Below, one piece after another: positions 1-14,040 of a DNA stretch of 64,000 nucleotides. Location of the stretch: NCBI GenBank assembly GCA_028534125.1, contig CM052818.1:29514001-29578000 (forward strand). The letters are read 5' to 3'. Positions within the stretch are counted from its first letter, which is position 1; every line of letters starts with the position of its first letter. This stretch comes from Lama glama. Lineage: Eukaryota. Both the position numbers and the translations under genes were made by a program. The notes under the pieces are model-generated. The model was not told where the DNA came from. It ran no database searches and worked only from the letters and a program-made list of their open reading frames with translations.

Positions 1-838
1 CATGAATTTCAGTTCACACAGTGAAGTAACACCAGTCCCCCAACAGCACAGTTCAAATTTCTGTTGCCACAATATTAACCAGGAACAAACTTCACTGTTC
101 ACTCTTTGGTCCCCAAATCACTACATAAATAACAGACGTGTATCATGATCAGGAACCACGTCACTTCCTTCAGAGTCTGTTGGTGATGACTGATCCCGGC
201 CTATCCACGATTCAGTTTATGCACAGACAGAAAAGCAGATAGTGGTGTTGCCTCACCATTTTGCACTGATAAACCCCACAACATTTCACAGAAGTGGATA
301 ACCAAAAGGACCAACAAAAAAAGGGCAGCAAAGAAGTGAAAAGTGGTAACACTGAGAAACTGGAAAGTGGTTGTGATGCAGGATTAAGATGTCCCCAAGG
401 AAGTTACATTAAAGGGACTTTCAGATACTCCACAACTTTGAAAGCACAAAGGGTAAGAGGTTGAAAGCTGATCCCAACTTGGAAAGGAGTCTAAGAGTTC
501 ACTAAGGTAAAGAAAAGATACTTCACATAGGTTGAATGAGAAGAGAGAGAAAATGTTCAGACCACTCTTGATAAACTCTACTCAGAGAAATATCAACACT
601 TTAATTCTCAGTGTTTCTAACATTTTAAATTACAGGGCACTAGATAAATATTACCTTTACTATTTTTCTCCTTTCCCTATACATATATACCTACAGTAAA
701 GATTTTAGTGTTTTGACAAAAAATTTTTTTAAGTTCATGGAACTAGCGATTTCCCCAACGATTATTAAGACTGTTTTGGAGTTATAGCTTGCACGGTATT
801 CTTATGGTCCTGCACCACCATGCAAAGAGGACTACCTA
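1..838. mobile_element. TcMar-Tigger DNA transposon relic, partial
   Basis: Decayed transposase-like segment (gttgaaagctgatcccaacttggaaaggagt) and a Tigger-type terminus ..tgcaaagaggactaccta followed by TA. Confidence 0.6.
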
Positions 839-2682
839 TAATCTGTACTAAAAGAACTTCATCTACGTGACCATCTTTGTTGTTTTTAAACAAAGCAGTG
901 GACTTATGTCTAGTATCAATAGCAGATTTTGAACTCTAACATGAATTTAATTAGTTTTGTTTAAATCTATTTTTAAACCCCTGAGATAGCTTCCATACAA
1001 ATGTTTCAAGGACTGTACTGGTCTACGTGGATACAGCAATAATCCCAGAACAAAACTCCAATAACCCTCTGTCTCTCCAGCCATAAAGGAAACAACGTTT
1101 GCTTGATTTATTCCAACCAATAACAGACCACTATTTATAACCATTTCTGAATGAGAAATAGAATACCCATTCTCCTGTTCCAGCATTTTGACAAAATCTA
1201 AATTACAATATAAAGTTCTTTGTCCCAGCTCACTGTGCATTGAGTCCTTTGTGGCAGGTGATCTTTTTAAAGCTAGTCGTTTATATCAAAGAAAACAAAT
1301 TTAAAATCAACCTACAAGAGTTAAGGATTTAACTATGAATAGTTTCTTTCTGTTTCAAAATTCATGCCACTCTCAAAACATCACCTGGTGATGTATCGTC
1401 CGTGCTGCCAGTGTTCTATAAAACTTTCTCAGCACAAGAAGAGGAAAAAGTAAGTTATCTCTAAGGCTGACTTGAGAAGCCTGTGGTATGCTGGTTTTAA
1501 GCCTAGCTATGGCACATATATTTTAGAACATACATTAGGAAGGTGTAATGCAGAACGCTGGATGAGAAACTCCACAACCATGTCAGCCTGACATCTCGCT
1601 GGCCATCTCCATAATTCACCATATTGCATCATATGGTCACCTGGGACCCACTGCAAATAACAAGAGGTCCAGGGGCCTTCAGCCTATTATTCCAGAGTCA
1701 CTTCGTGACCACGACTCCAAGGATCTCAAGGTATGGCTATAAAAGGCCACAATGAGCAAAAAGGATCCAGGCTGGGAGAAAAAGTTGGAGGGTTTAAATA
1801 TGCCCAGCCTTTCTGCATTCACGATGGTCTGCGAAACACCTCGCATAACTGGAGAACCTGGGCTGACATGAGAATATTCACCGTCTATGCCACAAACTGG
1901 AACTTAGCTTAAATGAACAGAAACTGACTTGTATACACACATGGGAAAACTGAATTTTCTACAGATTCGCACTATAAAAAGCTAGATTCTCACTCTTCCC
2001 TGTTATCTTAGCTGACTATAAAAATATTTCAGCAGCTTGTCCCTGAAAGGCACTCTAAGAATGTACTCGACTTTTCCTACATCAACATCCTGGCCCTTCT
2101 GCCCGCCCCTCGACCCTGCTTCCTATGTGTGCCAGAGCACAGACTGTTTCAAGTTATTGTGGCTAAGGCAGAACAGGGCAAACAAACCTCCAACTGAAGG
2201 AAAACCTACATCTGTCATTTCACAGAACAGACACACACATGATTTTGGTTTGAATAGCTACTTCAGCTTCCCCACTCACCTCTGATTAAGAGAATAATAT
2301 TTCCTTAAAGGCTCTCAGCATTTTATTGATACCCCTTGCAGGGTGAAACAAGAGCTGTATTATTTTTAGAAAGTACAAGTTATCACTTTATTTTCCCCCG
2401 CAACACACCTACATCACCCTCTTCTAAAGGGTACCTTTAGATTCTGTTCAGCCAGAAAGTGGGTTAATAATGCAGCTGTTTAAAGTTTTCAGGTAACAAA
2501 ATATGTCAGATAATAATTACATGCTGCAGCAAACTACTGCTCATTTTAAGAACCTATCCCTCTTTTTAAAAACCTGCATGCTTGCCTTTTTAATTCAGTA
2601 TGAATCACCTCCCTGAGGTTCCTCCACCACAAAAGTCCCCTGAAATATAACAACTGGAACTGAAAGCCAAGATAGAGGTCAC

Positions 2683-2882
2683 TTTTTTTTTAATTCTTAC
2701 TTTTTATTGAAGTGTAGTCAATTTACAATGTTGGTTTCAAGTGTACAGCAAAGCAATTCAGTTATACATACTTATATGTATGTATTTTTTCAGATTCTTT
2801 TCCATTACAGCTCATTACAAGAAATGGAATACAGTTCTCTGTGCTATACAGTAGGTCCTTGTTTATCTGTTTTATACATAGT
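2683..2882 (-). mobile_element. 5'-truncated L1 3' end, cetartiodactyl type
   Basis: T-tract then ttgaagtgtagtcaatttacaatgttg...ctgtgctatacagtaggtccttg. TSD aggtcac at 2676-2682 and 2883-2889. Confidence 0.85.
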
Positions 2883-3074
2883 AGGTCACATTCTCCTGAA
2901 GCAAGGACAGAGGACGCCTAATCCTTCACATGCACCAAGGAAGGCAGCACAGAGATTAGTAGGCATTACTAAAATCAAGGCTTGCGTTTTTTACTGAAAG
3001 CAGAAATTTGCCATTGCTCTGCTACAGAACTGCTGACAGCCAATTCTTGATGATCAGTTTGCTAACTTATACCG

Positions 3075-3480
3075 AGTCCCAGGCAGAACCAAGAACACAT
3101 CTGAGATACAGTGGTCTGGAGCAAAGAAGTGACATTTCACCTAAACCTAAAGGGAGAAGAATCTCGTGATGTGAAAGTTTGCAAAAGAAATGTCTGCAGC
3201 ACAAGAAGTAAGAGGAGCTACGACCTTGAGGTGAGACTGGGTTAGAAAGATCCAGAAAGTGAAAGGAGGCTTGGGTGGCGGGAATGTCAGAGGAAGAGAG
3301 GAAGTGAGAAAAGCTGGGTGGAGTGACAGACCAGGGCCAGATTCCTGTTTCTTTCCACAAGGATACAGGGCAGCCTATAAAGCAGATACAGTAAAACAGA
3401 AAACCTCTAAGTAAGTTAGAACTTAGGACCAGCACAGATTAAGAATCACAGGAGACAGAATCTGGGGAAGGTAAAGAACG
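3075..3480 (-). mobile_element. L2 fragment
   Basis: Purine-rich L2-type motifs (gaagtgacatttcacctaaacctaaagg...cagggccagattc). Confidence 0.5.
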
Positions 3481-3698
3481 AGGGACAGGTAGAATCATCT
3501 ATTATACACATATGAAATGTTCACTGTGAACTTGGCTTTGAGTTCCTGGACCTCATTTTACATTTCTGGATAATGATTTAGCCAGACTGAAGTTAAATTC
3601 TGGAAGGTTTCATTTAAAACTCACTGAATAGATATTCTATAGGTAAGATGATTTTTTAAAAAAATTCTTTGTATCAATTATATACAGGCGTGATAAAT

Positions 3699-4360
3699 TG
3701 TAGTAGGCTGAATAGCAATCTCCCAAAAGATACGTCCATGTCCTAAAGCCCGGAATCTGTGAATTTAACTTCATGTGGGAGATGAGTGAATACCACCTTA
3801 CATGGCAAAACAAAGGGGATTATGAATCCTGAGAGGCAGCACATAATCCTGAATTATCCAGATGAACTTTTTTTTAAAATTGAAGTACAGTCAGTTATAA
3901 TGTGTCAATTTCTGGTGTACAGCATAATGTTTCAGTCGTACGTATACATAAATATACTCCTTTTCATATTCTTTTCCATTATAGGTTATTATGAGATATT
4001 GAATATAATTCCCTCTGCTAGACAGAATAAATTTGGCTTTTTATCTATTTTTATATGTAGTAGTTAATATTTGCAAATCTCCAATGAACTCTTATTTCAA
4101 TGACAATGTCTCTGTCAGAGTGAGGCCCCAGGGAGATTTGAGAAGAGAAAAAGAGGCCATGCCACCTGTGACCTTGACCAATGCAGAGAAGGGAAGGATG
4201 CAGCTGAAGTCAAGGAACAGCAACAGCCAAGAGAAGAGGGGTAGGGGCCCGGACGGGACTCTCCTCTAGAGCCTCCAGAGGGAGCAGCAGGGCCCTGCCT
4301 CCACTTTGATTTTGACCTTCTGGTCTCCAGAACTGTGCGAGGATACATTTCCATTGTGTT
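3699..4360 (+). mobile_element. MLT1 (ERVL-MaLR) LTR, interrupted by an L1
   Basis: Starts tgtagtaggctgaata..cccaaaagata..catgtcctaa and contains tctcctctagagcctccagagggag and cttctggtctccagaactgtg. Confidence 0.85.
3869..4083 (-). mobile_element. 5'-truncated L1 3' end nested in MLT1
   Basis: T-tract plus ttgaagtacagtcagttataatgtg, similar to 44440-44640. TSD atgaact at 3862-3868 and 4084-4090. Confidence 0.85.
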
Positions 4361-6330
4361 GGGGGGCATTGGGGGGGAGAAAAAGTAAGAGGAATTTTTT
4401 TCTTTTTTACTGTGTGAGAGAAGAGACTAGCACATGTGAAAGGAAGAAACAAGAGTCCCAAGAAATCTTGGGGCAAAAGGAAAAGGCTTCCAGAAGAGCT
4501 AAAAATGCACCCACCAAACACATTTCTGCCACAGAGAATCTCTTTGTTTTATCTGCTCTGGAAATTAAGATGACTAATTTCATCCCATCCCTGTCCAGCA
4601 AATATGAAAGTACACTGGACTAGAATTAAAGGAAACGTACATTTCAACAAATGCAAAACCTCAACCTTAATACAAACAAAAATTCCACGAATCTAATTTT
4701 AAATGCGGGTGCACATTAACAAATGCTTGGATAGCACGTTGTTTATAACCCAAGAGATAGGAAGCCCTACCACCCACACGCGCACCAGAGCTTCCAATTT
4801 GGGACGAGGCCATTCATCATCTCAGCTTTGTTTATGGCTTTCTGCTCAGTGATCACAGCCTCACCATAGCTGGGGGCTGTCTAGTGTGATCTAGTTTTAT
4901 GCTCTGCACAGCCTAAGGGGCTTTCTGTATCAAGCACATCACCAGATTCCACTTTTTCACCCTTCGCCCGGAAAGCTCCCTCTCAGTAATTCCCAAACCC
5001 AGGGCTCTTTCACCCACGGGACTAACACAGCAACCTTTGCAGGCTTGCAGAGTAAACACACGGATCCCACACATCTTGGGACACTGGGCCAATCAATTCA
5101 CTTTGTCGATTACTGTGTTCCCCTCTGCAAAAGGGGGTGGCACAATGGTATAACCCACAGGTTCTTGTCTGTTCCTGAAATTATGATTCTCAAAACTCTG
5201 ACCGAGTTGGTAAATGGTGAAATTCAGGTTTCCTCATCTAACGTGATTGACAGGATTTAAATTTTAAAATAGGAACAAAAAGAGGTCTAGTCATTTGTAA
5301 TTTATACAGAAGGGAGTAGAGTTAATCCCCTAAGTGGTGTGCTTTTTTTTTTTTATTTTACTGTATAATCAGCACTGACTCAAATCTAAGTTTCCTACTT
5401 AGTGACAACGCAGTTAATAAAAAGCTCAGAAGTTTAGGAAAAGCTAGCTTCACTTAGGACAGTTATGTGAACACACTAAATTGGGGAAATGATACTGCTG
5501 TCCACTCACGGACAGTGAAACAGGTTTCATAAAAATTACGGCATGCTTTATCCCCAAAGACCACACCTTTTACAGTGGTTATCACTGCAGCTAGCTTCAA
5601 GACACAATGCCATTTTAACTATTGCAGCCTAGCATTTTCTTTAATACCACTGCAAAATGCTTTCTCAAAAATCAATTAAGACTACTTAAACTAGATAGAG
5701 TAACATAAAAAATAAGTTTAAAAAACTTATGGCACCCTTGGTGCATATTTGGTCTAGAGACCACATTCACACTCACCAAATTCAGGAAAATCTGCTTGTT
5801 ATTTATTTATTCCGGAGCCTTCTGGATAGGATTTGAGCTGAACCTAAATTTAGAGTTTTAAAATATTTGCAAAGTCAAAATCTTGACATATGTATCTGAC
5901 TTAAGAACACAAATACTGCACCGAAAGCTTCTGACTTCATGGCCGGTCCAAATTCTTGCAGCTCTTTCAAGTGTGGTCCAAATATGGCCTCCAAAAAAGA
6001 AATTTTGCTTCAAAGAAAGGAGGAGGCTGAGTAAGAAGAAAGAATCCTAGAATCATTTGCCAATTTGGGGGCATCTAATATAATTTCTGTGTCACGAAAC
6101 AAATCTGTCTTGCTTTTTTTGTTCTTGGATTTTGAGTGTGGTAGAAAAGAGGCCATGATATTTTTATCTCTGCATCCCCCATATTTCACAGCACAGTGTT
6201 TTACAGACAAGAACTCAATCAAAAATTGTTAACATAAATTCCCTAAAAATTCTAGATGGAAAAAAAATGCAACATTTACCTCTTTTAACACTCGTCATTT
6301 TTCTCTGATGTGGTTTAACTTCAGCAGATA

Positions 6331-6805
6331 CAGATCCTCCTCGAATTAAAATGGGGTTATGTCCCAATAAACCCATCTTCGGTCAAGAATATCAGAAGTC
6401 AAAAATGTATTTAGTCTAACCTACCAATCACTCTAGCTTAGCTTCGCCTACCTTAACTGTGCTCAGAAGATTTACAGTTGGGCAACATTGTCTAACACAG
6501 AGCCAATTTTATAATGAAGTTTTGTAATTTTACCATCTCATTTAACTGACTGAATACTGTACTGAAAGTGAACATCCCAACGGTTGTGTGTGCATATACT
6601 GGCTATTTGCCCTCGTGATGGTGTGGCTGACTGGCAGCTGCAGATCACGGCCACTGCCCCGCCTAGTAACAGAGGGTCCTACTGTACATCACCAGACCAG
6701 GAAAACAGCAAAATTTCAAAATTCAAAGTATGGTTTTTACCAAATGCATATGGCTTCCGCCCCATCGTAAAGTATGTCACCCCACTGTAATCTGGGGACC
6801 AACTG
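6331..6805. mobile_element. MER47/Tigger5-type non-autonomous DNA transposon, both ends present
   Basis: TA|cagatcctcctcgaattaaaatggggttatgtcccaataaacccatc ... ggggaccaactg|TA: terminal inverted repeats with TA duplication. Confidence 0.85.
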
Positions 6806-7464
6806 TACAAAAGCAGTAGTTTTCAAATGGCGCTCCATAAAGTACCACCGTTTTCAGAGACACTAGAGAGGACCTGCCACATAACCCAATTTAACTGCCT
6901 TATTCTACAAAGAGTGACCCACAGAGACCGTGTGTACTTAGGATTCATGGCCAGGTTGTGACAGAAATGGGAAAAAAGCCCAGGGTCCCCTGGTCCAGTG
7001 CTCTTTTCCGCATAGCTCTTAAGATGGAAGGACCAAGAGATGTCCCTCAAGTCTCACCCAACAGACCTGACCCAAGTCCTTCTTCATTCTTCTTCCATAG
7101 AAACAAACATTTTTCATAATTGGTCACCACATGTGCTAATGGAGCGCGAACTTAGATGGAGGGTTTGGCCAGGAGCAAATCAGGTACACTCGTGAACTCT
7201 TCCAGGGATCCAAATGCATGAGCTAAAACATATCAGGAATTCTTTTTTTAAACAGAAGAATGCAAGAATTTTCTGAGGCACGGACAGAGCAAAAGCAGAG
7301 GTAGAGGCAAGAATGATGAAATGGAAAAGGAACTGAGCAACATTGGTTGGATGACACAGAATATGCCCATCATTGCACTCTGCAGGCCTATCACCTGTCC
7401 CACCTGTCCCCTGAGTTCCAGTAAGGTGAGAAGTGAAGGCTAGAAGCTCAAAACTTGGTGTTGG

Positions 7465-7580
7465 CTCATTCAGTGCCAATTTGTTATATATCTGCCCTGG
7501 CCAAGCACTGTTTTGGGCCCTTGGCAAACATCAGTAAACAAGGCAGACCAAAATCCATGCCCTCCCAGCTCTTACCTTCC
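7465..7580 (-). mobile_element. L2 3' end fragment
   Basis: cattca...gccaagcactgttttggg...gtaaacaaggcagaccaaaatccatgccctc. Confidence 0.6.
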
Positions 7581-8019
7581 GTCATCTCATCGCCTTTGTG
7601 ACAGACTGTGCATAAGGAGAATCTGGGTTTGGGGCCCTCGAGCGGGTCAGGTAAGAGAAAGAGTTGTTCTCACAGTTCCACAGGCTCCCAAGCACCTCTC
7701 TGCGTGTGCAGAGAGGTCAGGCAGGCACAGAGCTGGGTGTCCTGCAGAGCAGCCTTCCACAGGGCAGGGCAAGCCCTCTCTCCCGGGCTCCATCTGCAGT
7801 GGCCCTCGAAGGGTCTGGGCAGGAAGACCTGGGCAGACACTGTGTGGTGACTGCAGCTCACCAGCACTGAGCAGGGAGGGGAACAAGCAGACTTTGGGAC
7901 CCTCAGACACTCTTCCAAGGGGTGCAGTGGGGATGAAAGTTCTGTGTAAGCAGGCAAGGGCTTAGGGTTTATCATTACCACCATATTATCTATACCCACA
8001 ATCTGATAATGCCTAGAGG

Positions 8020-8250
8020 GACATCCAGGTTATAGTTAGAATGACTACAGTTCACTTCTGCACTCTCTTGTCAGTACATAGCCATGACACTGCTGCATGG
8101 TATAAACTGCTACAGAGCCTGAACAGCTACGTACTGTTCCATTAAGCTGACAGATGGTAAATTACATAGCCATTCCTTTGTTTATTCAGATTGTCTGCAT
8201 TTCTTTTGAACTATTACAGATAAGGCTACAAGGAACATCCTTCAGTATGC
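8020..8250 (-). mobile_element. Old L1 (L1ME-like) fragment
   Basis: gattgtctgcatttcttttgaactattacagataaggctacaaggaacatcc resembles the L1M 3' region. Confidence 0.5.
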
Positions 8251-8424
8251 AGTTTTATCTTTCTTAATCATTCTTTCCTCATGCATTCAACTAACACTGG
8301 TTGACTGCTTAGTGTGCAACAGGCCATGTGCTAGGTGATACGATGAAGAGTAAAACACACAAGCCAATTACACCATGTAACCGTCTCATCATAAGGAGGA
8401 CAGGAGTACGGGCACTGAGAGCAA

Positions 8425-8652
8425 GGCCTGGACCAGATCTCCAAGGGGTGTGAATCCCAGTTTCATCATCTGTTAGTGGTAGAACCTTGGGCAAGTTATC
8501 CAACATTTCTCTTTCCCCCATTTCTTCACCTATAAAATGAGGATTAAAAATTGTACCCAGCTCACATGCTTGCTGTGTGGCTTGAATGAGGTCATATATT
8601 CAAAGCACTTAGAACTCAGCACATTGTAAGACTCAGCAAATGTCAGCCATTA
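8425..8652 (+). mobile_element. MIR SINE
   Basis: Core accttgggcaagttat...catttcttcacctataaaatgaggatta and tail aaagcacttagaac...aaatgtcagccatta. An L2 3' piece lies just before it (~8265-8400). Confidence 0.85.
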
Positions 8653-10879
8653 GCATCGACTCCCGGATGAGGGTACAATGGGAACATACAAAATGGGGAA
8701 ACAAACCAGCATATTGGCAAGGATGTGCATGTCCCTACAACCAGTCAGGTGATCAGGTGATGCAGCACCTTGCACATTATTCCCTGCTCTGCTCCCAGAA
8801 TCTGATGAGGAGATGCTGAATTGCTGAGTATAACAACAGCTGAATCTTCTAGAAAGAGTTTATCAATTATTAACATCAGAAGCAGTATGTGAACATATCC
8901 AAATCCACATCCTGTCAAAACTGGATTTTGTTTTAAAATATTACCACCAGTTTAATAATTTCTAAATAACTTCTGAGCCATAATATTGTACCTGCTATCA
9001 GATTACACACAGTGTTGACTTTGCATGTCTATTTATTAAAGATTTTTAACACTTTCCCTATGTATTTTTGTTACTGTTTTTATGTTCTCTTGTTTGAACT
9101 AGCTTTTTCTTTATATTTTACCTATCCCTTAGAATTTTAATGATTAAAAAAATCACTTTAACGATGATTTTTAGGGACAATGGATTCTAAGATCTTATTT
9201 GTCCTGGTTATGAAAATAGCTTTGTAAATATATTTCCTGTTCATTTTGGCTTAGTGTGTATGGATACACACGCTTTATTCCCTCTGTATAATTAAGTTTT
9301 TAAGTTCTTTTCTCTATAATGTTCTGTTTCCTTCCTTTAGAAGCTGCTGTCCCTCCAAGCGTCTGATACATAAGCTAGTTCACGTTAGCTCTTTAGATTA
9401 TTTTCATCTCTTTCTTGCTTAATTACTTAACTTGTTCCATCTGGAGTTTTTACCCAGTATATAAACATGGATTATCACTCATTTTGGTTCAAATTGCAAT
9501 CTAAATAGCTTAATATTAGTTATTAAATAAAACTTCCTTTCCCACTTTTTTTTTAAAGCTAAATTATTTTGAATGGAAGTTTTCAAAAGAGGGAAGACAT
9601 AAAAGGGTAGAAAAAAAAAATACCATGTGGCGGAAAAAAGGGGCCGTTCAGGGTGGAATTTAGGATGAGAGGACAGGGGAGGAATGAAGGGTAAGAGAGC
9701 GGAGGCCCAGGACCAACACAAAAGCAGAGCAGCATTCCCCACGAGACATGAAAGAAGAAACTCACTGGGTAATAAAACGAAATGGGGTCTGTAAAATTCA
9801 GTCGGATGCCAAAAGGGATAAATTCTGGGTAGACAGTGTTTGGGAACCACTACTATAAACACAAATCTGCATGGCCCGGCTACGGCTTCCTTTCATTCCC
9901 ACCCTCCACGGATCATTACTTTCCCATGGCTCCCACCTAACTATACCACCCCAGGCGAAGCCTATTTCTCCATCGTGGTCTTCTATTACTTTTCGAGAGC
10001 AGGGATCCCTTTCTGTGTTCTCCTCCTGAGAAGCGATCTGTCACCAAGCAGCATACAGGAAGGTGACACCAGGTGCAGTGCCAGGCATCACAGTCACCAT
10101 GATTAGGAAAGGATCCTGTGCAAAGAATACAGAATATCCTGCCTAGCTGCTGACGGGACACGCATTTGAGAAAGTCAGCCTCATATCTTCATATCTGAAC
10201 TGGAAAGCCCTGAGGCGGGAAAACACACTCCTAATGCCTTCTTTACATACTAAGGAGCCCGGGCAGGTTGCGGCCTTAAAACCTCCACATAAGACAGAAA
10301 TGCACAGGGAAAACCAGTTTACAAGCTTTTCTACACTGGTGGGTAAACGATCCCCAACAGTGATGTGGTTCAAGCTTTCACACGTAGGCGAAAGGATATA
10401 CGCATAGGTGTAGATAGATTGCCCCAATCCACCACCAAAATGGACTGGATAATCATCTGATAATTGCTGTCACAATGAGATCAGTTTCTGCTTCAGTCAG
10501 AAAAAAAAAACAAAACTGATTTTTCACTTCTTTGTGCAAACTTTTAGATTTATAGGCCTCAGTGAAGTAACTGAAGTTAGAGGTAAAAGAGGGGCTTTCT
10601 ACAAACACTGAGTATTAAAAAGTTGTAAGACTGCATCACAAGTTTCAATTCTACAATGTGTTAGGTTTAAAGGTTTCTTACTGGACACAGCACCCTGTTT
10701 TTGGTTCTCGTACCCATGCACAGAGAGGGATGAGAATGTCTGGCGGGAACCAGGAGGTGGTTTATGGATATGGTCACACGCTAGGTGACAGTGAAGAGGT
10801 TCCCAAGTAGTTTCTACTGGATCATTCCTTCTGAGATCTGGGCTCCTTTAAACTAAAAGCCAAACACATCAATTTCCTG

Positions 10880-11421
10880 CTGAACAATTTCAGATTGTCT
10901 GTGTCCCCAACAGAAGACACCTAAACCCAATCGTGGCAGGAGGGCTCTTCCTGGTCTAGCTCTCGCTACCTGCCCAGCCTGGTTTCCCACAGTTGTGTTC
11001 ATGTTGTCCTCAGTTCCAGTCACACCGACGTCTGGTCTGCTCTGAGCACACCATGCTCGTTTCTGGACAGGCTCTCTCCTCTCCTCCTCCCAACTCACCA
11101 TCCTAACCCTACTATGTCAACTCCAGCATCTGCCTAAGCTTCACCTCGTCACTAAAGCCTTTCCTAATGACACCAGAGAGGAACTGAGAGCTCCCACTCC
11201 TGCCACGTAGTCTCAGAGCAGTGTGCTCACGTGCACAGCCAGCTCGGCGCAGACAGCACTGCACTGTGACTGAGTGCGTGTCTGACTTCCCCAAAAGGTT
11301 GTCAGCGCCTGGGAGGAGGCTTTGGGACCTTGCCTCTTTCGTCTGCCTATCCCTAGAGCTTAGCAAAATGCTAGTCACATGGTAGGCATCTAATAAGCAT
11401 TTTGTGAATGAGTAAATGAAC
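10880..11421 (+). mobile_element. L2 3' portion
   Basis: Ends cacatggtaggcatctaataagcattttgtgaatgagtaaatgaa, the L2 tail. Confidence 0.8.
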
Positions 11422-13119
11422 AAATGGGGCTTCTTAAGAAACTTTTAAAAAATCGTGGAGCCAGTTGAATGCCAAATTCTAGATTTTTGTACTTCCTTTG
11501 TAGTTTTCCTTTCCAGTTCCTTAACACTGTCTTACCTGACCCTAAACTGATGGTTAATATAATAGCAGTGATTTGCCTTTAATGAGTCTTTCTGAATTAT
11601 TCAACTGAATTTCCGTTAAAGCCCTTTTGGCACTCATTTTTGACCAGTTTTTGTAATATTTAATTAAATGATGTAATTTCCAGTCAAGAACAAAAAGAAC
11701 TGACCCTTGGTACCCATCCTACCCGACATGGGAGGTATAATGTGTCGGATGAACCATCAGTCAGGAATATTCAGCATGCCACGGGCATCAGTCAATGTGC
11801 TTTTAAAGAGTGGAGGGAATTGGTTAATTTGTAAAGTCAGTTACATGGAGGTTGTTTTAGAAAAGTTTCTACTCAGACATTTTAAAATCACATGGCAGAA
11901 CTTTGCAGAGTCAAATGCTAAAGCTATTCAAAGCCACATGACTCATTACGGACGGTGAGATGAGCCAAGATGTCTTCTTCCATTTAACTTCAATAACTTA
12001 ATATGTCAAGTTCAGGTTATTAAAATATGCCTATTCATTCCTCAGGGCTCCATATATACTTCCTGAATCTGGAACATTCCATTAAATCAAGACAATATGT
12101 ATCAAAACTGACTTCCCAAAGATAATTCCTTTTAATCCTCAGTACTGGCCCATGAATGTGTTTCTAATTAACTCTCCTGAGATGTAGCTCAGACTTAGAC
12201 ACAGTTGACTTTTGAAACATCCTAGTGTATACTCTAATAACTCAGTTACCACAATAAAACAATCAGAGGTCTAGATTTTGTACAGGATAAAAATCAGAGA
12301 CATGGAAGAAAAAGTAAATTAAAACTATCATCATTTATCAGGACTAGAAAAATTTCCAAATCCTCCTGGCAACATTCCTAAATAAACCAAGTATCATCAG
12401 GGAAACTACTTGGGCATACGAAGAAGAATTTCAGAAACTTCTCTAGTATTGCTTCTGTCTCTTTCTCCTTTCCTTTTATGGCCAGTCAGACACTGAAGTT
12501 AGGGAAACTATATAAGGATATTTTAATTCAGAATTATAATGTTCCATACAATGACTGCCACTGGTGTAAAATGAAGTATTTTCATAAACTACAATCCTTT
12601 CTTTGTAATTTTTACAAACTAAAACATTTACCAAATTGATTTCAACATGAAGTGGTATCATTTATAAAAGATTTGACCCAAATGATAAGAAAAAGCTTAT
12701 ATATTACTCTTAGAGAGGTAAGTATCTGCTTTTAGAGTTAATGCTCTTCTGAAAAAGTAGTTGCCACAACTGAGCTGGTCGCTTGAAAGAACTAACTGGG
12801 ATTGGAGGAAGCATTTTATACTTTTTACGGCTACTAATATGTTCAATACTGTCAGAGCTTGAACCCCAGCAACTTCAAATACATATTTTCGCAAGCCACT
12901 TGGAGCAAAGCGTTTTCACTAGTTCACTTCTAAAATTCTATTTATTCTCTTCATAGAACCGATGTATTCAAGCAACTTTACCACATGATTCACATTTTCT
13001 AACCTATTATTTTTATCAGGAAAGAGATCCAACCAATTAATAATAATGACAATAATAATACTTCCAAGGTGTCATACAGTCACCTTTACTATAGAGATTT
13101 TGTTTTATATAAGTTACAA

Positions 13120-13290
13120 GCCTAGTGTGTGAGAAAACTCTGTGCACTGGGAGCCTAGAGACCTGAGTCGCACTCCGAGTTCTGCACCCCACGGCTGAAC
13201 AACCCTCAGCGATGCAGTTCAGCTCTCTAGAATCTGGGTTTCTAAATGGTAAAACAACAGATCTAACTGCTATATCAATTTACTTCCCAG
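13120..13290 (+). mobile_element. MIR SINE
   Basis: cactgggagcctagagacctgagt...ctctctagaatctgggtttc..aaaacaa. Confidence 0.6.
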
Positions 13291-13329
13291 TGCTAAACTT
13301 TTATGGTCATATCATCTATTGGATATGAA

Positions 13330-14040
13330 AGAATATTGCTTAACATTACCCATAAGCATCGGAGCCAAGTTTCCTCACCGTCCTGTAACACACACATCAG
13401 CTATAACCAAGTTCTGCTGACTCTCTCTCTTCGGTATCTCTGTTCATTTCTTCCTCTCCACTCCCCATGGCCCTTGGCTATTCGATAGCCTCCTGACCTC
13501 CTATCTCCCTTCTCTCCAAAGAGTTCTTTCCATCACCAGAATGTACTTTCTGGCATGTATACTCAATTACCTTACTTCCCTGCATGATTTATCTATGGCT
13601 CTCCATCACCTCCAAGACTCCAAACTCCCATTTTCCTCAGTGGAATTTGGGTAATAAGCCCGTGGGCTGCCTTGTGGTATTTGTGGTAAGATTTCAAGGC
13701 TTGGCTCGTGGTAACAGCTCATTAAATGCCGGGTGCTGCCAGTCTTATCTCCACCACGGCCTGCCTCTGGCATTCTAGACCACAAAACTGATCTACTTGT
13801 GATTCCTGGAGCGGAAGCACTCTCTCTCCCGAATCCATGCCAATGCACGTGTCATGCCTCTGGCTATGTTCTGGAAGAATTCCTCTTCCTTCTTCTTCGG
13901 CTACTGGGCGCCAGCACCACCCCACGTCCTCCCAGGCAGCAAGGCCTCCTTTGACTGCTCCCTGCAGGCCCGGGGGCTCCTGCCTTCTCTGCACCTAGAG
14001 AGTCCTCAGTAGGTGCCCAAAGTCAACGGTCTGAATGAAC
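13330..14040 (+). mobile_element. L2 fragment
   Basis: Pyrimidine-rich L2 motifs, ending cagtaggtgcccaa...ctgaatgaa. Confidence 0.6.

Noticed and set aside
7513..7999. Cluster of ORFs on both strands (up to 150 aa)
   Set aside because: Locally GC-rich sequence has few stops; begins in an L2 fragment; no homology recognised.
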